64,000 nt of DNA from Octopus sinensis (Eukaryota): the NCBI RefSeq assembly GCF_006345805.1, contig NC_043009.1, positions 55,676,001 through 55,740,000 on the forward strand, read 5' to 3'. Each line of letters starts with the position of its first letter. The stretch's first letter is position 1. The notes under the pieces are model-generated. The model worked only from the letters and a program-made list of their open reading frames with translations, did no database searches and had not been told where the DNA came from. Position numbers and translations under genes: made by a program. Shown here one piece after another: positions 52,785-63,573 of this stretch.

Positions 52785-53062
52785 CAGTGGTTCTCAAAGT
52801 GAGCAGTATTGATTGCCCTTCTGAGGGCGGTGACAAGTTCCAAAGGGGCGTTGAAGAAAAGTGGGGTGATAATGGGTGGCGAGTCATGTAAAAACAACAA
52901 AATAATGAGTTCATTAGGTTAAGTTTTATTTGTGAAATAGAGTTGCTTTGAATTTGCTTCAGAAAGCGGTCTATGTTTCTGATGGTTAGTTGGGGTGTGG
53001 ACGCTAAGAAAGCGACCTGGGTTTCAAGGGGACGGCAGCCCGAAAAAGTTTGGGAACCACAG
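52785..53062. mobile_element. hAT (Charlie-type) MITE
   Basis: CAGTGGTTCTCAA ... TTGGGAACCACAG with a perfect 8-bp TSD ATCTAGAT (NTCTAGAN consensus). Confidence 0.9.
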
Positions 53063-54056
53063 ATCTAGATGGACTCGGAAACTAAAACAGCAATTGCGTG
53101 TAAAAGCAAGCGTGTAAACCTCTACGTAGTCACTCCGCCTACAGGAAAAAAAACAAGACATCTCCCGGGACTTGATTATGTAGTTATAAATATCCTTAAA
53201 AAGAATGGGGTAGCCACGGTTGGAAGCAAGACACGAACATTCTTTCGTTAAAACCTAAATTTCTTTTTTCAATGACGACACCTCCAGGTCAATCACCTTC
53301 GATTATAAACACTTTTGAAAGAAAACTTTATAACTGTCAGTTATGTATGCGTGAATATTATGATAAGGGACGTTAGGTTATTCAGACTGACAAATCTAGT
53401 TAGATAAATGCGAGAAAAGGGTGAAAAGAAAATGGATTAATGTGTCTTCTCTGTAACACGCCCATTTTACACGATGGAAGCTCTATGTAGTTCGAGCAAC
53501 TAGAAATAAAACTCATGTCTAGGATGCATCACAGAAATAGATCTTTGATCACTGGTTCGACTGGATCACAGAGTTGAGCACGACAAAAGGACACTGTACT
53601 GTTATATGCAGCTCTCTCTCTCTCTCTTTCTCTCGGTGTATTTATATAAATTTGTGTATGCGTCCGTATGCTAGACATGAACTGTTTTAACATCAGACCC
53701 AAACCAACTCGAATAAAAGTAGGTAGTATTATACATGCTCTCTAGTGTAATATTTCTGCTTTACTTTTAATACTCAACCTTAGTTTAATTACCTAATTAT
53801 AACCCAGTAAATTGTATAGCAGTAATAAATAATGAATTCGCAATTAATCGGGTGTGAAGTTAGTGCACAGCGCTTATTCTTTGCAAGTTGTGATGTAAGA
53901 AAACAAAAAAAGATCTAAGAAGTTTGGGTACTTTGTGTGTGTGTGTGTGTGTGCGTGTATGAGCGTAATGTATGTTAGCGCAGACTAATATGTTGATTAT
54001 AATTACAAAAATAAACAATAATGATAATTAATAAATGAAAATAAACATGTACTTAC

Positions 54057-54087
54057 AAGATTCCTTCGATTTCTCCGGCGTTGCCAT
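54057..54087 (-). CDS. Putative first coding exon of an unidentified host gene (MATPEKSKES + 1 nt)
   Basis: Minus strand reads aaagaaaATG GCA ACG CCG GAG AAA TCG AAG GAA TCT T|GTAAGT: A-rich start context and perfect donor. A possible acceptor (ttcaacag) at 54111-54113 would make the exon 54057-54110. Lies in a CpG-rich zone. Product not recognised. Confidence 0.55.
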
Positions 54088-54099
54088 TTTCTTTATTTT

Positions 54100-54860
54100 C
54101 GTCTGTCTTTCTGTTGAAAGTTTCTTAAGGGTATTTCATATAATTTATACGTGCAAATGCTTGAACAGTAGTTTTTCGAAGTAGGCGAGAAGAATTGTAC
54201 AAATAATACCCCTTTCAAAAATTCCAAATTTCGACCGTAAAGGAAGAATTGATAATATACAAATATGTGTGTGTGTGTGTGTGTGAAGAAGGATTAGCCC
54301 AACTTTGAATGAAAAGCAAAGAAAAGGGAACAGAACTAAATTTATCTCATAAAGAGAAGGGAAAAAAAGGGAGTTCTTTTAAGCAAGTGCAGTAAAGAAA
54401 AAAATTGTTTCTCACAAACTTTTTATATAAAACTTCCCCCCCAAAGAAAGTAATAATTAAAAACTTTTTTTTAAATTAACAAACTAAAGTTAATAAAATA
54501 GTTAATTAAATAAAAGAGGGGCGGGACGACCGAAAGAACATAGTTTAAACATTGTATAAAATATATATTGGTGTATACGTCCCAACAGCAACAAGAAGCG
54601 TTACCGGTAAAGTCAAGTATTAAGAACTGGTTTGTTGGTGGTTCGGTGTTTAATATTACTCGTAGTGGTGGTGGTAGTTGTAGTTGGGAAGAGGTGTATA
54701 CAATCGTCCACGGCCAGTGAAAGAGCAGCTCTGAAGTCTTGCCATTATTTTAGAAACACCCTCTCTTCCTTCACCGAAAAATTCACTCGTTTGTCGGCTT
54801 ATGTGATTCTTTATAAACTACTTTTACAGTGACGCGCACACACACTAATACGACATGTTG
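54100..54860 (-). promoter_or_regulatory. Putative promoter / 5'UTR region of the minus-strand gene
   Basis: CpG-retaining, low-repeat segment upstream of the ATG exon. GC box GGGGCGGG at 54518-54525. Candidate minus-strand donor CCG|GTAACG at 54605/54604 suggests a non-coding first exon of about 54605-54850. Confidence 0.35.
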
Positions 54861-55431
54861 ATAATACAGAGTGCGCTCTTACACTTGCATACACACACAC
54901 CATAAACGAGTGAAACAGACGCACTGATGCATGAACACTGTCATTACTTCTGTATGCATGGTTATTCAACCTGCTAGAAATAACAGCCAAATCTCCCATT
55001 ATTCACGCTGAATCGTTTTAGATAAAAAAGATAAGCCAGGATATGAAGCTCAACTCAGATATTCATTAAGATTATGGATATTCACAGATGGACTGCTTTT
55101 TATTTATATGCCGCTTCAATCAGGACTGACTCGGGGTTAAAACAATTATATTAACTTCTGAATATTCTCACTGATTTAATAAACGTACATCACACTCACT
55201 CATTACTTTTACGCGTAGTTTATTATATTCATACAAACACACATACACACAGGATTTTACACAAGTATACACAGACTTATATTTATGTGCAACGCGAGTA
55301 TGCCTGTGTTGGTGTTGTCGAAGACGAATGCAACAAGTGACGGGATGCTGGATTCTGACACACCAGCAAATATGCAAAAAAACCCCCAAAAAACACATTA
55401 AATGACGACGTTGATGATGAAGATATTTGTA

Positions 55432-55668
55432 AGCGGCGAGCTGGCAGAATCGTCAGCACGCCGGGCGAAATGCGTAGGCGTACTTCGGCTGCCGTTACGT
55501 TCTGAGTTCAAATTCCGCCGAGGTCGACTTTCCCTTTCATCCTTTCGGGGTCGGTCGATTAAATAAGTATCAGTTACGCACTGCGGTCGATATAATCAAC
55601 TTAATCCGTTTGACTGCCCTTGTTTGTCCTCTCTGTGTTTAGCCCCTTGTGGGTAGTAAAGAAATAGG
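55432..55668 (+). mobile_element. SINE family B (GAGTTCAAATTCC B box, GCCTTTCATCCTTTCGGGGTCGAT core)
   Basis: Near-consensus copy. The central domain resembles the Meta/Sauria-type conserved SINE core (from memory, unverified). Confidence 0.88.
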
Positions 55669-55754
55669 TTTGTAAGCAAAAACACTGCGTCCCCCCCTAC
55701 ATACACACTCACACCCGCACATGCATATATACGCCTACATTTACATATGTATTG

Positions 55755-56070
55755 CAGGCGCAATGGCCCAGTGGTTAGAGCAGCGGACTCGCGGTCGGAG
55801 GATCGCGGTTTCGATTCCCAGACCGGGCGTTGTGTGTGTTTATTGAGCGAAAACACCTAAAAGCTCCACGAGGCTCCGGCAGGGGGTGGTGGCGAGCCCT
55901 GTTGTACACTTTCGTCCTCAACTTTCGCTCGTTCTTCCTGTTTCTTGAGTAACGCTGCGATGGACTGGCGTCCCGTCCAGCTGTGTGTGTGTGGGGGGGG
56001 GGGGAGACACATACGCCACAGAAATCGGGAAACGGGGCCCATGAGCCTGGCTAGGCTTGAAAAGGGAGCA
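55755..56070 (+). mobile_element. SINE family C (tRNA-like head GGCGCAATGGCCCAGTGG...GGTTTCGATTCC)
   Basis: A and B boxes present. Homologous to 17157-17452, 45832-46004 and the tails at 12570-12670 and 62790-62890. Confidence 0.85.
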
Positions 56071-56348
56071 TAAATTAAAAAAAATATATACATATGTGTG
56101 CATGAGTATATACATCTGTATGCATGAGTATATATTTTCCGTCTTCTAAGGGTATTTATTTACCCAGTTTTCTAGGCTATTTTCACTGCTATCTCGCATT
56201 CGAAATTAACTTTTATTTTCTATTATACAATGCTCATCCACTCGACGCTTCTAAGTTTATATATACATATAAATCGATAAAATGATGATATACATATGTA
56301 TACACATATGTACACAAACACACTCACACATACACGACCGCATACAGT

Positions 56349-57169
56349 GGATGTGGTCATTCAACCACTCATCGGCTCCTGCGTGCCATTGAAAGAGTCA
56401 GCAAATTGGGTCAATGGGTTTCTCACAAACTTTCCGAGTCTAATCATGCACAGATAATTAATGTGTGCTCTTCTTTGTTGTTACATCTCACAAATGAACC
56501 TTTTTGGGACCGAATAGTAACTGGGGACAAGAAATGGGTTCTTTATAAAAATGTCAAGCACTGAAGACAGTGGGTTGGGAAAAGAGAAACACCAGCACCC
56601 CAGGTTAAAGAAGGTCTTCACCCATGTAAGGTGTTGTTATCTGTTTGGTGGGATATGAAAGGTTTAGTCCACTTTGAACTTTTAAACCCAAACCAAACAA
56701 TAACAAAGGAGATCTGCTGCAAGCAACTTGACCGGCTTAAGTCAGTGCTAGAAGTAAAACGACCATCTTTGGTTTCAAGATGAAAGATGTTCTTTCATCA
56801 GGATAATGCTCGGCCACAAAGAGCAAGGATGACATTCCAAAGGCTGGAGCAGTTTGAATGGAAAACAATGCCCCACCCACCATATTAGCTGGACATTACC
56901 CCATCTGATTATTGTTTATTCTGTAGTCTTCAAAATCATTTGGATGCTAAAAGTATGAATTCTGTAGATGAGGTCAGAACAGAACTGGAGGATTATTTTC
57001 TATCACAGACAAGTGAATTTTGGAAGAGGAGCCTTGCAAGTCTACCAGATGCATGGAAGATCATTGTACAGAAAGTATATTTTAGATTATGAAAGATTTT
57101 TGTTTATCTTAAGTTAAAAAATAAAAGAAGTATTTAAAAAACCATATTATTTATGGTATGACCCAATAT
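56349..57169 (+). pseudogene. 5'-truncated mariner (Tc1/mariner DD34D) transposase pseudogene with right terminus
   Basis: Translates to ...KLGQWVSHKL...RIVTGDKKWVLY...HPCKVLLSVWWD...FHQDNARP...HPPY*LDITPSDY...: hallmark mariner motifs with in-frame stops. Ends in a TIR-like ...ATGACCCAATA followed by TA. Confidence 0.93.
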
Positions 57170-57182
57170 ATTTGTTACTGGG

Positions 57183-57280
57183 TATGTATGTATGTATGTA
57201 TGTATGTATGTATGTATGTATGTATGTATGTATGAATGAATGAATGAATGAATGAATGAATGAATGAATGAATGAATGAT
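57183..57280 (+). repeat. (GTAT)n switching to (GAAT)n tetranucleotide array
   Basis: Direct inspection. Confidence 0.95.
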
Positions 57281-57482
57281 AGACTTCTTTCAGTTTCTGT
57301 ATGTCAAATTTACTCACAAGAATTTGGTCGGCCTAGTATTATAGTAGAGGACACTTGCACGAGGTGCCACACAGTGGGACACAACCTGAAACAAAATGGA
57401 TAGGAACTGAGCTTCTTAATAACACACACACACACTCACATATATATATATATATATGTATGCATACATACATACATATATT

Positions 57483-57725
57483 CTTTTATTCTTTTACATG
57501 TTTCAGTGATTTGACTGCAGCCATACTGAAGCACCACCTTTAGTCGAGCAAATCGACCCCAGGACTTATTCTTTGTAAGCCTAGTATTTATTCTATCAGT
57601 CTCGTTTGCCAACCTGCTAAGCTACAGGGATATAAACACATCAGTGTCGGTTGTCAAGTGATGTTGGGAGGACAAACACAGACACACAAACATACACACA
57701 CATACACACACATACACACACACAT

Positions 57726-57776
<51 letters not shown>

Positions 57777-57927
57777 ATGGGCTTCATTTAGTTTCCGTCT
57801 ACCAAATTCCCACAAGGCTTTGGTTGGCCTGAGGCTATAGTAGAAGACACTTACCCAAGGTGCCACGCAGTGGGACTGAACCTGAATTCAGTGGTTGGTA
57901 AGAAAGCTACTTACTACACAGCCACTC
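57483..57927 (-). mobile_element. SINE family A copy with expanded internal (CA/TA)n
   Basis: Reverse complement of the family A consensus. Confidence 0.85.
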
Positions 57928-57949
57928 GTCTGCCTATATATCACATGCA

Positions 57950-58043
<94 letters not shown>

Positions 58044-58691
58044 TATACAAACACACACTCATGTATACATACACACACTCATGTATACATACACATGCAT
58101 ATATATGAATAAGTGTATGTGTGTGTGTGTGTGTGTGTTTGTGTATGTATGTTAGTGACCAGACCTTGTATATGTAATGAAATGTTTTGACATCATATGA
58201 AAGAGATTATTCTCATGAAGGAAAACAAGTGAATCTAACAGTGTATATGTGCAAATGTATGTTTTAAATTATCACGTCTCTTCCTTGATGTAACAATTTC
58301 CATCTAGTTGAAACTGTTACAACATATCCATGATGTCACAATTTCAACACACTGCCTCAAATTATCTAGCTTGTCAAATAATAACAACTCGAAAAATATG
58401 TCCTGGTAGACAAGATGTCACATACTTGAGTGTGTTCATACAGAAATAGGTAACTACACACATATACATACACAAAAATCAAGCATACTCATGCACCACA
58501 CACACATGCATGCTAGTTAATATGTATATATTTATATATATAAATAATTTGGGAAAACAAATTTCCAAATCAATCAGGTGCAACCCTTCAGCGTTATATG
58601 CATCTACATATTGTATTTTGGGGTCTTATTTATCGTATATTTATATATTTATCTATAAATATACAAAGTATCTGATAAAAGTCAATATTAA

Positions 58692-59565
58692 TTCAATTTT
58701 GGGGGGATTAATCGATATGCAGGTATTCAATTTCAGATAATACAAAAATAACCTAATGGGTATATCTGACAGTAAACTCATGGTATCAGTTTGCACATCA
58801 CAAAATAATACTTAAAGGATATAACCAAAACTTCCAGCAGGGTATATAATATACTTCGTTAATTATATCCTACTTTAGTTAATACTTATATTTATTAAAT
58901 ATGAAGGAACTACACGTGTTTCAGTATTGGAAGATTACAATATATATACATATACACAACTGTATACCCATATATATACATATATGCAATTGTCAGATTT
59001 ACAACTATTCCAAAACATCTTCAGGTTCTATTTCAAAATATTATATATTTAATTTTACATCCCTTTAAACAAAAGCAATACAATTAAGCATTAAAGAGTA
59101 GAAATTAAGAATTAATTCTTAATTTCTAATTTTTAATTCTTAATTTCTACTCTTTAATGCTTAATTGTATTGCTTATTTTTTAAAGGGATGTAAAATTAG
59201 ATATATAATATTTTGAAATAGGACCTGAAGATGTGGAATAATTATAAATCTGACAATTGCATATATGTATTTATATATGTATGTATATGGGTATACAGTT
59301 GTGTATAGGTATATATATTGTAATCTTCCAATACTGAAACACGTGTAGTTCCTTCATATTTAATAAATATAAGTATTAACTAAAGTAGGATATAATTAAC
59401 GAAGTACATTATATACCCTGCTGGAAGTTTTGGTTATATCCTTTAAGTATTATTTTGTGATGTGCAAACTGATACCATGAGTTTACTGTCAGATATACCC
59501 ATTAGGTTATTTTTGTATTATCTGAAATTGAATACCCGCATATCAATTAATCCCCCAAAACTGAA
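58692..59565. repeat. Large near-perfect palindrome (arms about 425 bp)
   Basis: TTCAATTTTGGGGGGATTAATCGATATGC... is mirrored by ...GCATATCAATTAATCCCCCAAAACTGAA. Centre near 59105-59145 with duplicated AATTCTTAATTTCTA. Confidence 0.95.
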
Positions 59566-59581
59566 TTTATATTTATATACA

Positions 59582-59614
<33 letters not shown>

Positions 59615-59769
59615 TGTCAGTGGATCATATATCTGAAAAAGAAGCACACTCTAAATATTAAATATACATACATACATCTCTCTCTCTTGCTCTCTCTCTC
59701 TCTCTCTCTCTCTCCATCCATCCATCCATACATACATCCATCCATCCATACATACATACATACATAAAG

Positions 59770-59965
59770 TTAATCCAAACAAGAAAGCACAAAAAAACAC
59801 AACAACACGAGGACGTGGAACAAATATAGTATTATTGGACGCTCAGGAAAGAAGGAGGGTTTAACGTTTCGAGCGGAGCTCTTCGTCGGAAACATAGGAG
59901 AAGGAAAGATCCAGAAAAGGGAAGACAGAGGAAACAAAATCGCCAACGGTACAGACACGGTCACA
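59770..59965 (-). mobile_element. Penelope-like element terminal fragment with hammerhead-like core
   Basis: Minus strand CCGACGA-A-GAGC(TCC)GCTC-GAAAC-GTT resembles the CTGANGA...CGAAAC motif typical of Penelope pseudo-LTRs. No ORF to confirm. Confidence 0.5.
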
Positions 59966-60299
59966 TATATATATATGTATTTACATACACATATATTTAT
60001 ATATATGACAAGAGATAATTTTTGTCTCTTTTTATGGATAGAAAAGAATTTATAAGTCTGCAAAAAAGAAGTGCTCAAATGTAATTGAGAGAAATAAAAA
60101 ATACATTGATCAAAGAACAAACATCAAATTCGAGTTAGCAACTTTATATATAACAACATGCCTCCAAACATTTGATCATATATAAATATTGCCATGGCTC
60201 TTAAACATATAAAGTATACATATATAAAAAACACAGGAGGTAAAAAATATATACATGAATAAAAAGCAGATATATAGAACAGCCCATCAAGAAGGTATA

Positions 60300-60770
60300 T
60301 CATCATCATCATCATCATTTAACGTCCGCTTTCCATGCTAGCATGGGTTGGACGGTTCAACTGGGGTCTGGGGAGCTCGAAGGCTGCACCAGTCCAGTCA
60401 GATCTGGCAGTGTTTCTACAGCTGGATGCCCTTCCTAACGCCAACCACTCCGAGAGTGTAGTGGGTGATTTTATGTGCCACCGACACAGGTGCCAGACGA
60501 GGCTGGCAAACGGCCACGCTTGGATGGTGTTTTTTATGTGCCACCGACACAGGTGCCAGACGAGGCTGGCAGACGGCCACGCTCGTATGGTGTTTTTATG
60601 TGCCACCGACACAGGTGCCAGATGAGGCTGGCAAACGGCCACGATCGGATGGTGTTTGTTACGTGCCCACAGCACGGAGGCCAGTCGATGCGGTTCTGGC
60701 TACGGCCACGTTCGGATGGTTTTCTTGTGTGCCACGTGCCACCGGCACTGGTACCACAAAGATACAAATT
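60300..60770 (-). mobile_element. Retroposon family E copy with 3-4 tandem 62-bp modules
   Basis: (CAT)n TTAACGTCCGC... followed by repeated TTTATGTGCCACCGACACAGGTGCCAGAYGAGGCTGGC units. Confidence 0.8.
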
Positions 60771-60829
60771 CCATTGATGTTCATGTATTTTGATTTGTTT
60801 TGATTTTCACTTGCCTGAACAGGTCTTCA

Positions 60830-61115
60830 TATTCACGTAAAAAGACCATCCGAGCGTGGCCGATACCAGCACCGCCTTGACTGTCTTCCGTGCCGGTGGC
60901 ACGTTAAAAGCACCAACTGATTGTGGCTGCTGCCAGACTCCCCGGGCACCTGTGCTGGTGGCACGTAAAAAGCATCCACTACACTCGCGGAGTGGTTGGC
61001 GTTAGGAAGGGCATCCAGCTGTAGAAACACTGCCAGATCAGACTGGAGCCTGGTGCAGCCTCCTGGCTTCCCATACCCCGGTCGAACCGTCCAACGGACG
61101 TTAAACGATGATGAT
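60830..61115 (+). mobile_element. Retroposon family E copy (head-to-head with 60300-60770)
   Basis: Same modules and tail in the opposite orientation. Confidence 0.8.
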
Positions 61116-61475
61116 ATATTGAGAGAGAGAGAGAATGTGTGTGGTTATGTATGAACCTATAAATTATTCCCCGTTCTTTTAAAAATTGTGCTTTGTACAT
61201 GATGAAACTGAAGCCAGCACAATTCTAGGACGAAAGATGTGCATCTTTTACGCACATTATCATGAGTGTAATGTGTCTTCAGTTACAAAATACTAGATAT
61301 ATAACCATTTCTTATGTAACTGATGGATGAAACTGACAGTTACTTAAATATTTTGAACTTTTGTGCTGTGCTCTGCTGCAGTAATACATCTATTCATGGT
61401 AAAGATACACTGAGTTCTGTGCCTTTATTCTAGGCTGTCATCTGTTGAAAACTTCTGTAATGTATATACATATAT

Positions 61476-61693
61476 CAGTGGTTTTCAACCAGGGTTCCGC
61501 GGAACCTTAGGGTTCCGCCAGTACAGTGCAGGGGTTCCGCAAGAAGTTACAAAACTGCTAAAATCGGCAGTAATTTTTAATTCTCCTGTGCAGATATGTG
61601 TGCATAAGACTATTAAATTATTGCACAGGGGTTCTTGAGCCAGTGGAATGTTTCCTTGGGGTTCTGCTCCAGCAAAAAGTTTGAAAAGCACTG
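61476..61693. mobile_element. hAT MITE
   Basis: CAGTGGTTTTCAA ... TTGAAAAGCACTG with a perfect 8-bp TSD ACATATAT. Confidence 0.9.
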
Positions 61694-62170
61694 ACATATA
61701 TGTATGTTTTCTGTTAAGCTCAGAAGCAATGCATATTACCAGGTTTTCTGACTCAAGTCGAAGAGAACAAACCACTCCAAATCTTAGAGTATCTGTGTGA
61801 ATGGAGATAGGACTGACTAACTTGTGCTGGCATAGAGTTGTATAATGTATAAAAATGAAATTAAACCAAGTAAGGATATTTTGAATGCATTTAATATGTA
61901 TGTTTCAGAGAATTGCACAATAAATTAAGAAAGCAATTTCATTTCTCACACAAAATCTTCCACAAAATCTTCCACTATGAAGACATATCAAAATACTTTT
62001 TTATCTCTTGTGCAATTATAATTATCTCAAGTGCATGTATTAATTGCATTCAAAATATCATTACTTGATTTGACTTCATTATTATCTATGTATATATACA
62101 TGCATATATGAGTGTGTGCGTGTGTGTTTACTTTATTATTGAAGCTGTGAAAACATCACACAAATATCAC

Positions 62171-62215
62171 AAAAAACTGCTACTCAGAGTTTCACGTTCT
62201 CATTCATCAGTTGTG
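62171..62215 (-). ncRNA. Degenerate minimal type I hammerhead-like motif
   Basis: Minus strand CTGATGA-AT(GAGAAC)GT-GAA-ACT(CTG)AGT-A-GCAGTTT: core and stems II/III recognisable, 5' strand of stem I missing. Confidence 0.35.
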
Positions 62216-62777
62216 ATCAAGAATAGAATAAAAATTGAGGTTGTACGTATAATGTATATTTTGATATGATGATTCACATTGACAGATACACATTTGAATT
62301 TGACTGGTTGTTATTAATATCTATAAGCTTTATCAAACCATGGGTTAAAATGTTTTAAAACAAACTTACATTTATATTAATTAATCATTAATTTATTTAC
62401 CGGTAATTAATTTACTCTGGACATGCATGATTTGTTTTTAACTCAAAATTTCTTTTTTACTCAAACTTTTTTTCCAATTCAAGGTTTTCTTTGATTTTAT
62501 ACAACATAATATTTATGCAATTTTATTTTTTATTCTTTACTTTTAATTCTAATTTAATTTTAATTTTAATTTTATTTTCTACTTGAATATTTATTGTCTC
62601 AGCCTGCATACTTCTGAAAGACTATCAGAGGAAACAACCAATTAAATTCAAACTTGTATCTGTCAATGTGAATCATATCAAAATATACATTATTCTTTTA
62701 TTCTTTCACTTGTTTCAGTCAAACAAATCAGCTCAAAGACTTATTCTTTGTAAACCTAACCACTGGGCCATTGCGCC

Positions 62778-63035
62778 TCCACAGATAAATGTGCCTTTTT
62801 AAAACCTAGCCAAGCTCATGGGCCTGGTTTCCCGGTTTCAATGGCGTATGTGTTCCCTAGCTGGACGGGACGCCTGTCCATCGTAGCGTTACTCATTTTT
62901 GCCAGCTGAGTGGACTGGAGCAACGTGAATTGCAGTGTTTTGCTCAAGAACACAATGTGTTGCCTGGTCCAGGAATCAAAACCACAATCTTACAATCATG
63001 ATGCTGACACCCTAACCACTAAGCCACGCACCTCC
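62778..63035 (-). mobile_element. Chimeric SINE (D head + C tail)
   Basis: Reverse complement of 12429-12670. Confidence 0.7.
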
Positions 63036-63371
63036 ACTATATATAGTAATATGTATATATATATATATATTTTTGATGTAATTTTTACCAGTGTCTGATA
63101 AAGACAAAAGCAAAAATTGAGAATCTATCAATATATTTGATATTGATGTGAAAAATATTTTAAACTGTTAACTTGCAAATATTTTTATGCTTTCATGTAA
63201 AAGTATAACTTTTCTAACAAATTAGTTGTAGTGGTGGTTTTGGTGGTGGTGGTCAGAAGACTTTTAACTCTTTAGCATTTAGATTACTCTGCCAATCATA
63301 ATGCTGGTATTAAAAATATTATCGATGTGATTAACCCCAAGTCAGACCTGATCAAGCAGACTCATGATTAA

Positions 63372-63573
63372 CCATTTAGCATTTAAACTGGCCTTATCAG
63401 GCCCTGTTCAAACCAGCCAGTTCCAGCCACTCACATCTACTCTGCAATGGCATTCTAAAAGTAAACAGTTGCTCCCTTCAAAATCTCAATGATAAGAGGC
63501 AAAGCATGGTTAATTCAAAACAATGTGAATAAGCAAGCATTATGTTTGGCAGAGTAATCTAATTGCTAAAGAG
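63372..63573. mobile_element. TTAA/piggyBac-like MITE
   Basis: TTAA|CCATTTAGCATTTAAACTGG ... GCTAAAGAG|TTAA; homologous to 25505-26072. Confidence 0.7.

Noticed and set aside
55755-55825. Possible tRNA gene (also 17157, 6304, 30593)
   Set aside because: A and B boxes are present but there is no proper acceptor stem or cloverleaf. Each continues into a repeated SINE body.
60319-60803. Several 96-118-aa ORFs with internal repeats
   Set aside because: Translations of the GC-rich tandem modules of retroposon family E.
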